A stretch of DNA of 64,000 nt from Polyangiaceae bacterium (GTDB lineage: Bacteria; Myxococcota_A; Polyangia; Polyangiales; Polyangiaceae). The DNA is taken from assembly GCA_965222375.1 (NCBI GenBank), contig CBDCTZ010000014.1, forward strand, positions 768,001 to 832,000. Direction: 5' to 3'. The notes under the pieces are model-generated. The model saw nothing but the letters and a program-made list of their open reading frames with translations, had not been told where the DNA came from and did not search any database. Position numbers and translations under genes: made by a program. Position 1 is the first letter of the stretch, and each line of letters opens with the position of its first letter. Below, piece by piece: positions 29,143-39,402 of this stretch.

Positions 29143-29840
29143 AATGGCTGGATTGGCAGGGGAAGCGCTTCGTTCTTCGCGCAGTCGATCTTGGGAGGCT
29201 CGGGGTACACGCCGCCTTCGATCTTTTCGAGTGTCCAGGTCGAGCCCGCGATGGAGAGCGGAATGGGCTTGCTCACGTCGCCGGCGACGGTTCCGCAATA
29301 GAAGCCACCCGTATTGCAGATGGTGCCATCACCTTTGAGGCTGGTAATGTCTGCGGTGATGTCGGAGCCCGACAGTGGGTTCGCGATGCCGACGACATCC
29401 AAGGGGTCCGGGTCGACGTCGAAACTGCCGTTGGCGTCCACGGCGATGCCATTGATTGAAATCGCCGAACCCGCCGGAGTCTTGCGATCTTTCCACTCGA
29501 CCGGTTGGAGGTTCCAGTCCATTTCGAGACCGCCTGCACCATCTTTGGTGGTGACCGTGGTGAACACCATGATGGGCCGGTTCTTGTTGGCTTTGTTTCC
29601 AGCGGTGACTGCCGAGAGCGCGAACATGTAGTCGCCGTCGAGCTCGCCCGCCATGGGCACCACGCAGGCACCTGCGTCCTGGGTGCCCGCGTCGGCACCA
29701 CCAGCGCCGCCGCCCCCGTTGATCTTCCCGTGTCGGTCTTTGAAATCCGAGAAGTTCCCTTCGGGATCCGCACAACCAAAAGCAAGGGCAGCCGCGGCTG
29801 CGAAGCATGTGAAATGAGTCAGCGAGCGCATGTTGGACAT
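29139..29840 (-). CDS. Hypothetical lipoprotein
   Basis: Lipobox LAFGC; Gly linker; divergent from the FadL-like gene. Confidence 0.75.
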   Translation of the reverse strand: MSNMRSLTHFTCFAAAAALAFGCADPEGNFSDFKDRHGKINGGGGAGGADAGTQDAGACVVPMAGELDGDYMFALSAVTAGNKANKNRPIMVFTTVTTKDGAGGLEMDWNLQPVEWKDRKTPAGSAISINGIAVDANGSFDVDPDPLDVVGIANPLSGSDITADITSLKGDGTICNTGGFYCGTVAGDVSKPIPLSIAGSTWTLEKIEGGVYPEPPKIDCAKNEALPLPIQPL

Positions 29841-30030
29841 CCGTGGCGACAGTATGCCAGGGCGTGATCCCGCCGCAACCGTTGCTGGCCTGCGAATGGC
29901 GCCTTTTGGCAATTCGTCGGGATTGCCGGTTGACGCAGCGCGCCGCATTGGGTTTTCCGCCACTTTTGTGGGTCGAAGGTACGCTTTCCCCCTTCGCTCG
30001 CGCTCACGGCTCAGCTATGACCGATCCGGG

Positions 30031-31437
30031 ATGAAGATCTATCGGTCGACGCTTTCTTGGGCATCGCTGGCCGCGCTCGTGCTTGGCACGACGAGCGCGT
30101 CTGCTTCTGGCATTTCGGTCGCACGCTTCGGTGGGGAGCACGGGCACCCCACGACGACGAACGCCACCGCCCTCTATTACAACCCCGCCGGCATCGCGAT
30201 GAGCGAAGGCTTCCACGTCTACGTGGACGGCAACTTCGCCTGGCGGCAGGCCAGCTACGAACACAAGATCCAGCCGACGACGCCAGGAACGCTGACCGAA
30301 GACGGAAGCCGACCGGGCGCCAACGACGGTAAGGCCAAGCTCTTCAACATTATCGCGTCGCCGATGCTCGGTGTGACCGCCAAGTTCGGTGACTTCGCGG
30401 TTGGCGCGGGCTTCTACACGCCCTTTGGTGGCCAAAGCACTTGGAAGAAGAACGACAAATTCGAAAACGACCCGACCCACCCCGGCCCCGTCGATGGTCA
30501 GCAACGCTTCTACAACATCTCCGGGGAAATCCGCTCCAGCTTCATTACCGCGGGCTTGGGCTACCATCTCGAGGACGTGGGCCTTGCCTTCGGTCTGACC
30601 GGTAACCTAATCCTCTCCAAGACCCACACCCTGCGCGCCAAGGGGCTGTCGGGCAGCAACAACCTCGACGCCGAGGGGCGAGCCATCTTGGAAACGAATG
30701 GCACCGATTTCTCGATGGGCATTGGCGTCATGTACGAGCCCATCAAGGAAAAGCTCTGGTTGGGCCTTTCCTATCAGTCACGTCCGAACTTTACTGGCAT
30801 GAACGCCCAGGAAGGCGAGCAGGAGACGTTCTTGGGCGCGCCGGAAGACCCCGTGAACACCGAGTTTTTCCACGAGCTACCGGACGTGTATCGCGCAGGC
30901 GTGAGCTATCGCCTCGACCCGGAGACGGAGCTCCGATTGTTCGGTGATTATCAGCGCTGGAGTGTGCTGGAAGAGCACGACGTGGTGAACACGGATCTGA
31001 GTTCCAAGGGCGCTGATGCCTGCAAAGGCAATCCGCCAGATGGAGCGTGTCTTCTGGGCCAGAAGCGTGAGTGGACGGATACCTTCGGCGTACGCATCGG
31101 AGCCAGTCGCTGGCTGAACAAAGAAACCGAGCTGTTCGCAGGCGCTGGCTACTCGTCCAACGCCATCCCGGATGAGTATCTGGAGCCCGCTCTGATGGAC
31201 TTCAACTCCATCTCGCTGTCCCTGGGTGGGCGCCTCGAGGTGGTGGAGGACATCCATGTTGCTCTGGGCTACACCCAGCTGTTTTACCTGACCCGGGATA
31301 CGGACGGTAAGAGCAACCACGACAAAGAGCGCGTACCTGGCGGCGGCACGAATTCGATCCAAAACGGTCCCGACAGCGGCGGCGTATACAAGCAGATGGT
31401 CGGTGTCTTGAACGCCAACGTCGACTTCAAATTCTGA
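30031..31437 (+). CDS. FadL/TodX/OmpP1 outer membrane transporter
   Basis: Signal peptide; ALYYNPAG; G.YTPFG; C-terminal Phe. Confidence 0.9.
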   Translation: MKIYRSTLSWASLAALVLGTTSASASGISVARFGGEHGHPTTTNATALYYNPAGIAMSEGFHVYVDGNFAWRQASYEHKIQPTTPGTLTEDGSRPGANDGKAKLFNIIASPMLGVTAKFGDFAVGAGFYTPFGGQSTWKKNDKFENDPTHPGPVDGQQRFYNISGEIRSSFITAGLGYHLEDVGLAFGLTGNLILSKTHTLRAKGLSGSNNLDAEGRAILETNGTDFSMGIGVMYEPIKEKLWLGLSYQSRPNFTGMNAQEGEQETFLGAPEDPVNTEFFHELPDVYRAGVSYRLDPETELRLFGDYQRWSVLEEHDVVNTDLSSKGADACKGNPPDGACLLGQKREWTDTFGVRIGASRWLNKETELFAGAGYSSNAIPDEYLEPALMDFNSISLSLGGRLEVVEDIHVALGYTQLFYLTRDTDGKSNHDKERVPGGGTNSIQNGPDSGGVYKQMVGVLNANVDFKF

Positions 31438-31539
31438 GTTGCAAGCTGTGCTCGGCCCGGCGCGCCTTGACAAGCGGGCCTCAGGTTTGAAAAGTCTCAG
31501 ATACCTGCGCGTTTTCGCGCAACGATAATCCCAGCCGCC

Positions 31540-32508
31540 ATGACTACCGTTCGAGACTTCATCCTTCACCACTTCCGACACTTCAACGCTGGGGTGTTGG
31601 TCGATGCTGCGAAGGGCTGGGAACGGCATTTGGCCGAGGGCGGGAAGATGCTCGTCACGCTCGGCGGCGCCATGAGCACCGCGGAAATTGGTCTCATCTT
31701 GGCGGAGCTGATCCGGCGCGACAAGGTGCACGCTTTGTGTGTCACTGGGGCAAACCTCGAAGAAGACCTATTCAACCTAGTCGCACACAACAGCTACCGA
31801 CGCGTACCGAACTTTCGCGAAGTCACGCCTGCCGACGACCAGAAGCTGATGGCGGATGGTCTGAGCCGCGTGACGGATACTTGCATTCCCGAAGAAGCGG
31901 CGATGCGCAAGATCGAGGGCAAGCTGCTCAAGGTGTGGCAGGCGGCGGAGAAGAAGGGCGAGCGCCGGGCGCCCCACGAGTTCGTGTACCAGTTGCTGCG
32001 TTCTGGGGAGCTAGACAAAGAGTACGACATTGACCCGAAGGACAGCTGGGTCGTCGCCGCCTGCGAGAAGAACCTGCCGATCTTCACCCCGGGTTGGGAA
32101 GACTCCACCCTGGGCAACATGTTCACGGCAGCTATTGTCCAGGGCAAGCTGGAGAGCTTTCAAACCGTCAAGAGCGGCAACGAGCAACTCGCAACGCTGA
32201 TCGACTATTACCGGAGCACCGACAAGAGCCACCGCCTGGGGTTCTTCCAGGTGGGGGGCGGAATATCCGGAGACTTTGCCATCGCTGTGGTCCCCCTGCT
32301 CGAACTGGATATGAAGGAAAAGGTTCGGAAATGGGGCTACTTTTGCCAAATCTCCGAGGCCAAGACGTCCTACGGGTCCTACAGCGGAGCGCCACCGAGT
32401 GAGAAGATCACCTGGGGCAAGCTGGACATCGATACCGCGCGTTTCATGATCGAGTCCGACGCGACCATCGTGTTTCCGCTGATCGCCGGCTACCTGCTCG
32501 AGATGTGA
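31540..32508 (+). CDS. Deoxyhypusine synthase family protein (probable homospermidine-type polyamine synthase)
   Basis: GAMSTAE, TGANLEED, GGG, GSYSGAPPSEKITWGK, SDATI. Confidence 0.92.
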   Translation: MTTVRDFILHHFRHFNAGVLVDAAKGWERHLAEGGKMLVTLGGAMSTAEIGLILAELIRRDKVHALCVTGANLEEDLFNLVAHNSYRRVPNFREVTPADDQKLMADGLSRVTDTCIPEEAAMRKIEGKLLKVWQAAEKKGERRAPHEFVYQLLRSGELDKEYDIDPKDSWVVAACEKNLPIFTPGWEDSTLGNMFTAAIVQGKLESFQTVKSGNEQLATLIDYYRSTDKSHRLGFFQVGGGISGDFAIAVVPLLELDMKEKVRKWGYFCQISEAKTSYGSYSGAPPSEKITWGKLDIDTARFMIESDATIVFPLIAGYLLEM

Positions 32509-33722
32509 TTTGCGTTGGCGCTTCGGCGCACCGCCGCCGCGCACTTTGCGCAGCCATCGCGCTTGCGGCGTCGAGTTTGCAAGCGCGTGCCCAGTCCTCG
32601 AAGGCCGCGCCAGAGCCTGACGACGACGCCAGCGTCGCCGAGTGGCAGCCCGGCTCGGCAAAACTGGCGCCCGCGCCCGAGCCGAAGCCCCGCAAGGACC
32701 GAAGCGACGAGACGGACCCCGCGGCGCGACTGAAGAACGTCGTCACGGCCCTGGGCCCCGGATTCATTCTGCATGGGTCGGGGCAACGGGCTGCGGGCAA
32801 CCCATCCGAGGCGGACACCCTGCTGGCCGTGCAAGCCACGGGTTTGGGCCTCGTCGTGGTTGGGCTTGGCGGGCTCGCGGCGACAGGTGCGAGCCGCTAC
32901 ACGGCGGGTCCTCTCGCGGCGACCATGATCGCCGGCGCTGGGTTGTTCGGAACGTCGTATCTGGCCGACGTGTACGCAACTGCGCGACCCCATGATAGCG
33001 TGGGCAATCCGCCGACCCGGGTGCCGGTGAGCGAAAGCGAGATCGGATATCGCAGCATCGACGATCCCCAGTGGCGCTATCGGCACTTCCTCGTACAAGC
33101 CCTCACTCTGCGCGCTGGGCGCTTCATCTTCGCGCCCCAGGGCTGGTTCGCGTTGGATGACCGAAATGCCCGGGTTTCCGCCCACCTATCCTACCGCTTC
33201 GAGGGGCCGCTGCCGTCTGGGCCGCGGTCCGCGGATGGCAGCTATTGGGACTTGAGCCTGGGCGCGAGCCACCATCGCTACGATTCCGACGGCTTCCGCA
33301 TTTCGGGTGGCGAGGTACTCACACGAGTGCGCCGCGACCTGTTCCGCCACGGAGGGGCTTTCCGAGGGGCTTTCACGGAAGGCGCGTTGGGCGTGGGGTT
33401 GCTGCGGACGGACTACAACGTTGAAGCGACAGACATTTCCACGGACTACAACGATCTGCTTCTGGCCGAGCTGGCTTTCGGCTTCTACTTCGGTGACGTC
33501 ATGTCGCAGGGGGGTGAGGCGCGCGTCTACTACGATCACCGCCATGACGGATACGCGGCGGGTCTGATCCTCACGGGCTTGGGTAGCGGCGTAGCCGGCC
33601 ACTTCGGTTTGGATCTGCGCGGCTACTTTTCGGAGACTTTTGGACTTCGCCTGGATGCGCAGGTGGGGTCGTCACAGATCCTCGGCTTGAGTCTGCTAAT
33701 CCGACAGGGAATCAGTAAATGA
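32505..33722 (+). CDS. Hypothetical secreted/outer-membrane protein
   Basis: Signal-like N-terminus, amphipathic beta strands; overlaps both neighbours by 4 bp. Confidence 0.7.
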   Translation: MICVGASAHRRRALCAAIALAASSLQARAQSSKAAPEPDDDASVAEWQPGSAKLAPAPEPKPRKDRSDETDPAARLKNVVTALGPGFILHGSGQRAAGNPSEADTLLAVQATGLGLVVVGLGGLAATGASRYTAGPLAATMIAGAGLFGTSYLADVYATARPHDSVGNPPTRVPVSESEIGYRSIDDPQWRYRHFLVQALTLRAGRFIFAPQGWFALDDRNARVSAHLSYRFEGPLPSGPRSADGSYWDLSLGASHHRYDSDGFRISGGEVLTRVRRDLFRHGGAFRGAFTEGALGVGLLRTDYNVEATDISTDYNDLLLAELAFGFYFGDVMSQGGEARVYYDHRHDGYAAGLILTGLGSGVAGHFGLDLRGYFSETFGLRLDAQVGSSQILGLSLLIRQGISK

Positions 33723-34873
33723 AGCGAGCAGTGTTGTCTGGGATGCGGGTCGTTTTCGGGCGGCGGGGAGGTCGACGCGCTGTCGCGGTCCTCGTACCAC
33801 TCATTGCGCTGGTGTTGGCGGTGTCGTGCGTTCGGCCGGCGGAAGAACGCGCGGAGCGGGATTTGGAAGTCGGTCAAGCCACGACTGGCGGCACGCGGAT
33901 TCGTGTTGTGGGCGGGTTGGCTGCTATCCGTAGTGCCAAGCCTGGTGAGGTGGAGATCTGGCAGAGCGCTCCGGCAATCGAGTTACAGCTCGAGCGTCCC
34001 AAGGACGCACCCAAGGCGTGGACGTTTCGCCTCAAGAACACCATGCCGGATCTCGTCGCAAGGGCCAGCCGCGGCGGGACCGACTTGCCCGTCGACCAGA
34101 TCGACGGGAGCGTGCCCACCCATAAAACGCTGCGAATCGATCTTCCCTTGGGCGAATCGACGCTCGTCTTGGCCCCCACGGATGCGCAGCAAGCCGGGCC
34201 GCTGCGCTTCGCAGTGCTGTCGGACGTACAAGAGGCCATCGACGAGGTGCAGGACATTGTCGCCAAAGTCAACGCCGAAAAGGGTGTGCGTTTTCTTCTC
34301 GGTGCAGGTGACCTGACCCAACAAGGCACCGTGGACCAACTGACGCGGTTCGAAAAAGAGCTGCGAAGCCTGAGGGTGCCCTATTACACGACCCTGGGTA
34401 ACCACGAACTCGGCCGGACGCCGCCACCCTTCCAGGACCTCTATGGCCGCGGCAACTTCAGCTTCGAGTTCCGTCAGGTGCGCTTCACGTTGCTCGATTC
34501 AGCGAGCGCTACGATCGATCCCCTCGTTTACGACTGGCTCGACGACTGGCTGGCGGCTGGGCGTGGTCAGACGCACATCGTTGGGATGCACATTCCACCT
34601 CTGGATCCCGTTGGCGTGCGCAATGGTGGCTTCGCGAGTCGAGGGGAGGCGGCCAAGTTGCTCTCCCGCCTGGCGCAGGGGCGCGTCGACCTCACCCTTT
34701 ACGGTCACATTCATTCTTACTACGACTTCGACAACGCCGGCATTCCCGCCCATATCTCCGGCGGCGGTGGAGCCATCCCGGAGCGGTTCGACGGCATCGG
34801 TCGACATTTCCTGGTCATTGACGCTGACGCCAGCGCCGGGATCAAGAATGTGCGCGTCGTCCGCGTGGATTGA
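33719..34873 (+). CDS. Calcineurin-like metallophosphoesterase, lipoprotein
   Basis: SDVQ, GDL, GNHE, HIP, GHIH; lipobox LAVSC. Confidence 0.9.
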   Translation: MKRAVLSGMRVVFGRRGGRRAVAVLVPLIALVLAVSCVRPAEERAERDLEVGQATTGGTRIRVVGGLAAIRSAKPGEVEIWQSAPAIELQLERPKDAPKAWTFRLKNTMPDLVARASRGGTDLPVDQIDGSVPTHKTLRIDLPLGESTLVLAPTDAQQAGPLRFAVLSDVQEAIDEVQDIVAKVNAEKGVRFLLGAGDLTQQGTVDQLTRFEKELRSLRVPYYTTLGNHELGRTPPPFQDLYGRGNFSFEFRQVRFTLLDSASATIDPLVYDWLDDWLAAGRGQTHIVGMHIPPLDPVGVRNGGFASRGEAAKLLSRLAQGRVDLTLYGHIHSYYDFDNAGIPAHISGGGGAIPERFDGIGRHFLVIDADASAGIKNVRVVRVD

Positions 34874-34887
34874 GGCTGTCGCTCGCC

Positions 34888-36318
34888 CTAGAGCAAGACC
34901 AGGTACTTTCGGCGCAGTAGCCCGGCCACCAGCCAAAGGCCTTCACGCTCCGCGCAACCACTGCTCGCGATGAGATCTTTGATCCGCGGATTGCCTTGGG
35001 CAGCACCTTCGATGAGTGCTTTCGCCTTTGGCGAGATGTTGTTCAGCGGGGCTTTTCGGGCGAGAGCACCCGGAGCGATATGTCTATTCAGAGCGCCGAC
35101 CCGCTCCCGGAATATCCGATCCAGTGTCGGCAGCCAGACCCGGAGCAAGTCCAAGGCGACGGGGTCTCGTTCCACGGCGCCCAGCTCGAGCAGCGCCTCC
35201 GCATGCTGCACTGCCGCGTCGAGGTCGCCCTCCTGCGCCGCGGCGCGGGCCGCTTCGAGGTAGCCCTTGGCCGTCGAGCCCGTGCTGCGGCCCGAAGGTG
35301 CGGTCTTGGTCTTGCGTTCGGCGCGGTATCGCGCGCTCGGCGGAGCGCTTTTCGGCGTCTTTCGGGACTCGGGCGCAATGCTGCCGCCATGGGCCGCACG
35401 CTCCACAGCCCGCTGGAATTCCAGCACGTTGGCGAAGCGTTCATCCGGGATCTTGCGCAAGGCTCGCAGAATCGCGGCGTCCAGGCTCGCCGGCACCCCG
35501 GGGCGCAGGCTGGAGAGTGGCGGCGGTTCATCCGCTAGCACGCGAGCGACGACGTCTTGTGGTGTTGCTCCGAGAAATGGTGGCCGGCCCGTCAGCATCG
35601 TGAACGCCACAGCGGCCAGGGAATACTGGTCCGCACGACGATCCACCGCCGAGCGCGCCGTTGCCTGCTCCGGAGCCATGTACTCTGGCGTGCCAAGAGC
35701 GACCGCGTCTTCGGTGATCCTGGCCCCAGAGGCGACAATCTTGCCAATCCCGAAATCCAGCAACTTGACGAAATCCAAGTCGCCGGGGGTCTTCACCAGA
35801 AACACGTTCTCGGGCTTGATATCCCGATGAATGACGCCCGCGCGATGCGTGGCGGACAGTGCCGATGCCAGCCGCTGTACTATTCTGGAAGTCGCTGCGA
35901 GGGACACGGGCCCGTCTCGAACCAGACGGTCGAGCAGTGTCTCCCCCTGGAGGTACTCCATGACGATGAACGGGGTGCCCTGGGGCGTGGCGCCGATGTC
36001 GATGATCTGAACGATGTGGGGATGCCCGAGCCGAGCGATCAGCTCTGCTTCCAACTTGAAGCGTGCCAAGGCTTCTGAATTGCTCGTCAATGGCTGGCGC
36101 AACACTTTGATCGCGACGGTTCGCCCCAGACGCAACTGCTCACCTGCGTACACCAGACCCATTCCGCCTTCGGCCAGCAGGCGCTCGACGCGGTAGGCGT
36201 CGTTGAGAGTCGTCCCCAAGAGGGGGTCTCGTACCTCATAATCCACAGTGTTCTGGCGCGGTCGCGCCGCCACTCTATGACCCGGTGACTGCATCCCCTC
36301 AACAGCAGAATGCCGCAT
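34888..36318 (-). CDS. Hanks-type Ser/Thr protein kinase
   Basis: EGGMG.VY, AIK, HRDIKPEN, DFG, GTPEYMAPE. Start uncertain. Confidence 0.95.
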   Translation of the reverse strand: MRHSAVEGMQSPGHRVAARPRQNTVDYEVRDPLLGTTLNDAYRVERLLAEGGMGLVYAGEQLRLGRTVAIKVLRQPLTSNSEALARFKLEAELIARLGHPHIVQIIDIGATPQGTPFIVMEYLQGETLLDRLVRDGPVSLAATSRIVQRLASALSATHRAGVIHRDIKPENVFLVKTPGDLDFVKLLDFGIGKIVASGARITEDAVALGTPEYMAPEQATARSAVDRRADQYSLAAVAFTMLTGRPPFLGATPQDVVARVLADEPPPLSSLRPGVPASLDAAILRALRKIPDERFANVLEFQRAVERAAHGGSIAPESRKTPKSAPPSARYRAERKTKTAPSGRSTGSTAKGYLEAARAAAQEGDLDAAVQHAEALLELGAVERDPVALDLLRVWLPTLDRIFRERVGALNRHIAPGALARKAPLNNISPKAKALIEGAAQGNPRIKDLIASSGCAEREGLWLVAGLLRRKYLVLL

Positions 36319-36430
36319 CGCCGACGGGGCTGCCAGTCAGCCCGGCTCGGCCTAGGTCAGCAGCTGTCCTTGCAATTGTGCAGAATTCGCTCAACCGAAA
36401 ATTGCTGACGCATTCCAGGCACTTGCAGAA

Positions 36431-36820
36431 CTAGTGCTCACTGCCGGGCTCGCAGAGTGCGAAGGCGGCAATCTCGGCATCAAAGAGATCTCCCCCGTCA
36501 CCGAGCATTTGGTAGCTGCCCTGCATGCTGCCGAAGGGTGTCTTCAGGGGGCAGCCCGATGTGTACTCGAAGGATTCCCCGGGTCTCAATAGAGGTTGTT
36601 GTCCGACAACTCCCGGGCCGCGCACTTCCTCGATGTTGCCACTAGCGTCCGTGATGATCCAGTGGCGCTGCAGCAAGCGAACCGGCTTCTTGCCCTCATT
36701 CCCGATCCGCACGGTGTACAGGAAGAACCACTGCCGCGTGACCGGCGTCGAATGCTCCGGGGAGTAACTGGACTCCACTCGCACACGCACGCCCTGGGTG
36801 ACTGCTTCGGATGTGGGCAC
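36431..36820 (-). CDS. apaG: ApaG protein
   Basis: FLYTVRI.N, RHWIITD, V.GPGVVGQQP, FEYTSG.PL.TPFGSM.G.Y. Confidence 0.95.
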   Translation of the reverse strand: MPTSEAVTQGVRVRVESSYSPEHSTPVTRQWFFLYTVRIGNEGKKPVRLLQRHWIITDASGNIEEVRGPGVVGQQPLLRPGESFEYTSGCPLKTPFGSMQGSYQMLGDGGDLFDAEIAAFALCEPGSEH

Positions 36821-36863
36821 AACTTGCTCCGGTTGCCCCGATATACAGCCCCAAAGCCCAACG

Positions 36864-37988
36864 TCAAGCTGTGGGCGGCGGGTGTGCCGCCGCATACTGA
36901 CGAAGCGCAGGGGCCAGGAGTTGTCGCCGAAAACCGCGGAGGCTTTCCAGCGCGGATTCGAGGCTATCGCTGTCGTCCCATTCAGCTTTCAGGGACTTGG
37001 AGACCCGGGCCGGGAGCAGGAGTTCCGGGGCGACCTGGAGTTCGGCGCAGAGTTCAGCGCGTGCTCGAGCCAGCCAACCCTCGCGCCGGATCTCCTCGAA
37101 GGTCGTGTACGGCGGCGGAGCGATGGACTCGAAGCTCTCGGTCTCGGCAGCATCGGCTGCGCGCTGCAGGGCTGCGCACAGTTGCGCACCCTCTCGCTCC
37201 GCGAAGCGTTGCGAGACCCCTTTGATGCGACCGAGGTCTCGAGCGTTACGCGGCAACCTTGCTGCGATCGAAAGCAGGGTCTTCGTTTCCGGCGCGCGCT
37301 GACGACTCTTGGGGGGCAGTTTGCCGTACCAATCGATCAGGTGAAGCAATGCCGCTTGCTGTCCGGGGCCTAGTTGCCAGGCGTTGCGGAAGTCCGCCAA
37401 GCGTAGCCGGCGCGGAGGTTCCGCCTCCGGCAGGAGCAGCTCGCGACTGGCCTGATAGGCGATCTCGAGGCGATCGTTCTTCTTCAGGCGGCGTTCGAGC
37501 TGTTCAAACAATGTCGGAAGGCTCGCAACGTCTTCGGCGGCGTAGGTGAGTTGGGACTTGGGCAAAGGTCGACGCTTCCAATCGTCGGCCTGGTGGCCTT
37601 TGCCTCTCCGTTTGCCGAGCAGCACCATCTCCAAATAGGCTAACGAGACGGAGGCCTCCGGGCTACAGCACGCCCAGGCAACTTGGGTATCGAGCAAGCG
37701 GGGCAATTCCTTCAGCCCCAGATGATCCATCAGCAGCGGCACGTCTTGCTGGCCCGCATGCAGCACCCATTCGCGCTCGTCGCCACTGAGGGCTGGCCCG
37801 AGCGCCGTAAGACTGGGCAGGCGCAAGCCATCCACGAGGTGCACTTCCTTGCCGTCGTGGATTTGGATCAGGCTCAGTGTGGTGCCGCCCCGCACAGATT
37901 CGAATTCCGTGTCCACGAAGAAGCGGCGGGCGCCCTTCAGTTCTTCAACCAGGGCGCTCAGTTCCGAATCTTTTTCGATCAGCCGCAC
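36864..37988 (-). CDS. rnd: Ribonuclease D (DEDDy exonuclease plus HRDC)
   Basis: VDTEF, LIQI, HAGQQD, DTQVA, DW..RPL...QL.YAAEDV. Start approximate. Confidence 0.88.
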   Translation of the reverse strand: MRLIEKDSELSALVEELKGARRFFVDTEFESVRGGTTLSLIQIHDGKEVHLVDGLRLPSLTALGPALSGDEREWVLHAGQQDVPLLMDHLGLKELPRLLDTQVAWACCSPEASVSLAYLEMVLLGKRRGKGHQADDWKRRPLPKSQLTYAAEDVASLPTLFEQLERRLKKNDRLEIAYQASRELLLPEAEPPRRLRLADFRNAWQLGPGQQAALLHLIDWYGKLPPKSRQRAPETKTLLSIAARLPRNARDLGRIKGVSQRFAEREGAQLCAALQRAADAAETESFESIAPPPYTTFEEIRREGWLARARAELCAELQVAPELLLPARVSKSLKAEWDDSDSLESALESLRGFRRQLLAPALRQYAAAHPPPTA

Positions 37989-38005
37989 GCGATCGACGTT
38001 AGCAC

Positions 38006-38779
38006 CTAGTGTGCCGCTTCGGGGTTGCTGGAGCGGCTGTGTACTCGGAAATCCTCCAAGCGCGCCGTCAATACCCGGACCGGCGTTGCCATGGGTCCTG
38101 CGGCGACCACCACGCGTCGCCCTCGTGCCCACTGCAGCCCGCCTGCCTCCACGTAGTCGTCCGAGAAGTGTGCCGCCCGAGCCCAGCTCCCCACGATGTC
38201 CGCAACGTAGTCATGGCGGCCCAGGCGACCGTCAGCGTCGAAGAAGAAGCTCTGACGCCGACAATGCGTGGAAAACCCCTCGGGGAAATCCAGGCTGACC
38301 CCGTCGACGCCACTGCGTCGGGGAGCAGCAACGAAGCGCAAGTCGGGCAGGATGAACGGTACGGACAAGTAGGTCAGCAGGGCGTAGCCAAAGAAGTAGA
38401 TGGCGTCGAAGTTCGACCAGCGGCGATACTTCTTCCAACCGTCGAAGCTCTTGCGGTGGTTGGGCAAGGCTTTCAACCTGGTTCCATCCCGGGTCGACTC
38501 GAGGGTGAGGTTGCCGTTTTCGAATCGCAGCAGCTGCCCCACTTCAGGATAATCCCGGCAAGTGACCCGAAGCTCACGCGGATCGACCTCCATGACTTCG
38601 GGCATGGTGTGAGTCCTCCCCAGGCCCTTGGCCCAAGGCAGCGGACCGGAGAGCACACCCAGGTTCACGTGCACCCTTCGGAGCTCATCCCACGCGGCTT
38701 GGCCGCCATGAGCTTCAATTGCGCGCTCAACCAGCTGGCGCGCCTCCGCAGGCCAGCCCAAGTACTTGTTTGCGTTCAA
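38006..38779 (-). CDS. Conserved hypothetical protein
   Basis: AIEAHGG..AW, YFFGYA, TH...Q.F.FD.DG.L.RHDY. Confidence 0.75.
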   Translation of the reverse strand: MNANKYLGWPAEARQLVERAIEAHGGQAAWDELRRVHVNLGVLSGPLPWAKGLGRTHTMPEVMEVDPRELRVTCRDYPEVGQLLRFENGNLTLESTRDGTRLKALPNHRKSFDGWKKYRRWSNFDAIYFFGYALLTYLSVPFILPDLRFVAAPRRSGVDGVSLDFPEGFSTHCRRQSFFFDADGRLGRHDYVADIVGSWARAAHFSDDYVEAGGLQWARGRRVVVAAGPMATPVRVLTARLEDFRVHSRSSNPEAAH

Positions 38780-38791
38780 GGCAAGTCGACT

Positions 38792-39286
38792 CTAGCTGCG
38801 CTGGAGCAGGTAAAGCAAAACCAACCCGCAACTGACTGCGACGCAAACCCCCAGCAGGCCGAGCCGGCGCCAGTCACGGCTCCGGTCGGGGAGCGTCGAG
38901 GCAGAAGTGGCCGAGGTCAGCTCCCGCACCAGGTCGTCGCTTCGGGCCACGCAGCGTTCGCTCATCTGGCGAGCGTCCGCGGCAAGCTTGTGAGCATAGC
39001 TCCGGCGCAGCCTGCCTTCACGACGCAACTTTGCGTTCTGCTCGGCAATGCTCTCTCTCCGCGGCACGACCAAAAACGCATTGCGCAGCCGGTCGAAAGC
39101 GCGCCGCTGTTCCGCATCTGTCAGAACATCGTGGGCTTCTCGCAGCTTCTCCAGTTCCGCCTGCACGCCCAACACACCCTTACGGTGGTCCCAGACCGCG
39201 CGGATGCGGTGAGCGCGGCGTATCTCCTCTACGCTCGCTCTGGGGGAAACTCCTAGTACCTCGTAGTGATCGCGGACGAATCGCAT
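38792..39286 (-). CDS. J-domain-like membrane protein lacking HPD
   Basis: DHYEVLGV...AS.EEIRRA, EAHDVL.D...R..FD; C-terminal TM helix. Confidence 0.75.
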   Translation of the reverse strand: MRFVRDHYEVLGVSPRASVEEIRRAHRIRAVWDHRKGVLGVQAELEKLREAHDVLTDAEQRRAFDRLRNAFLVVPRRESIAEQNAKLRREGRLRRSYAHKLAADARQMSERCVARSDDLVRELTSATSASTLPDRSRDWRRLGLLGVCVAVSCGLVLLYLLQRS

Positions 39287-39402
39287 GGCAAACACGCGAG
39301 CATATCACGGCAAACGCGTACCTGCATACGCAACCGAGCTTGTCCTGCTAAGCTAGGGCGCTTGGGCCAATTGCCTGGGCGGCTGAAAGTGAGCGTTACG
39401 CG

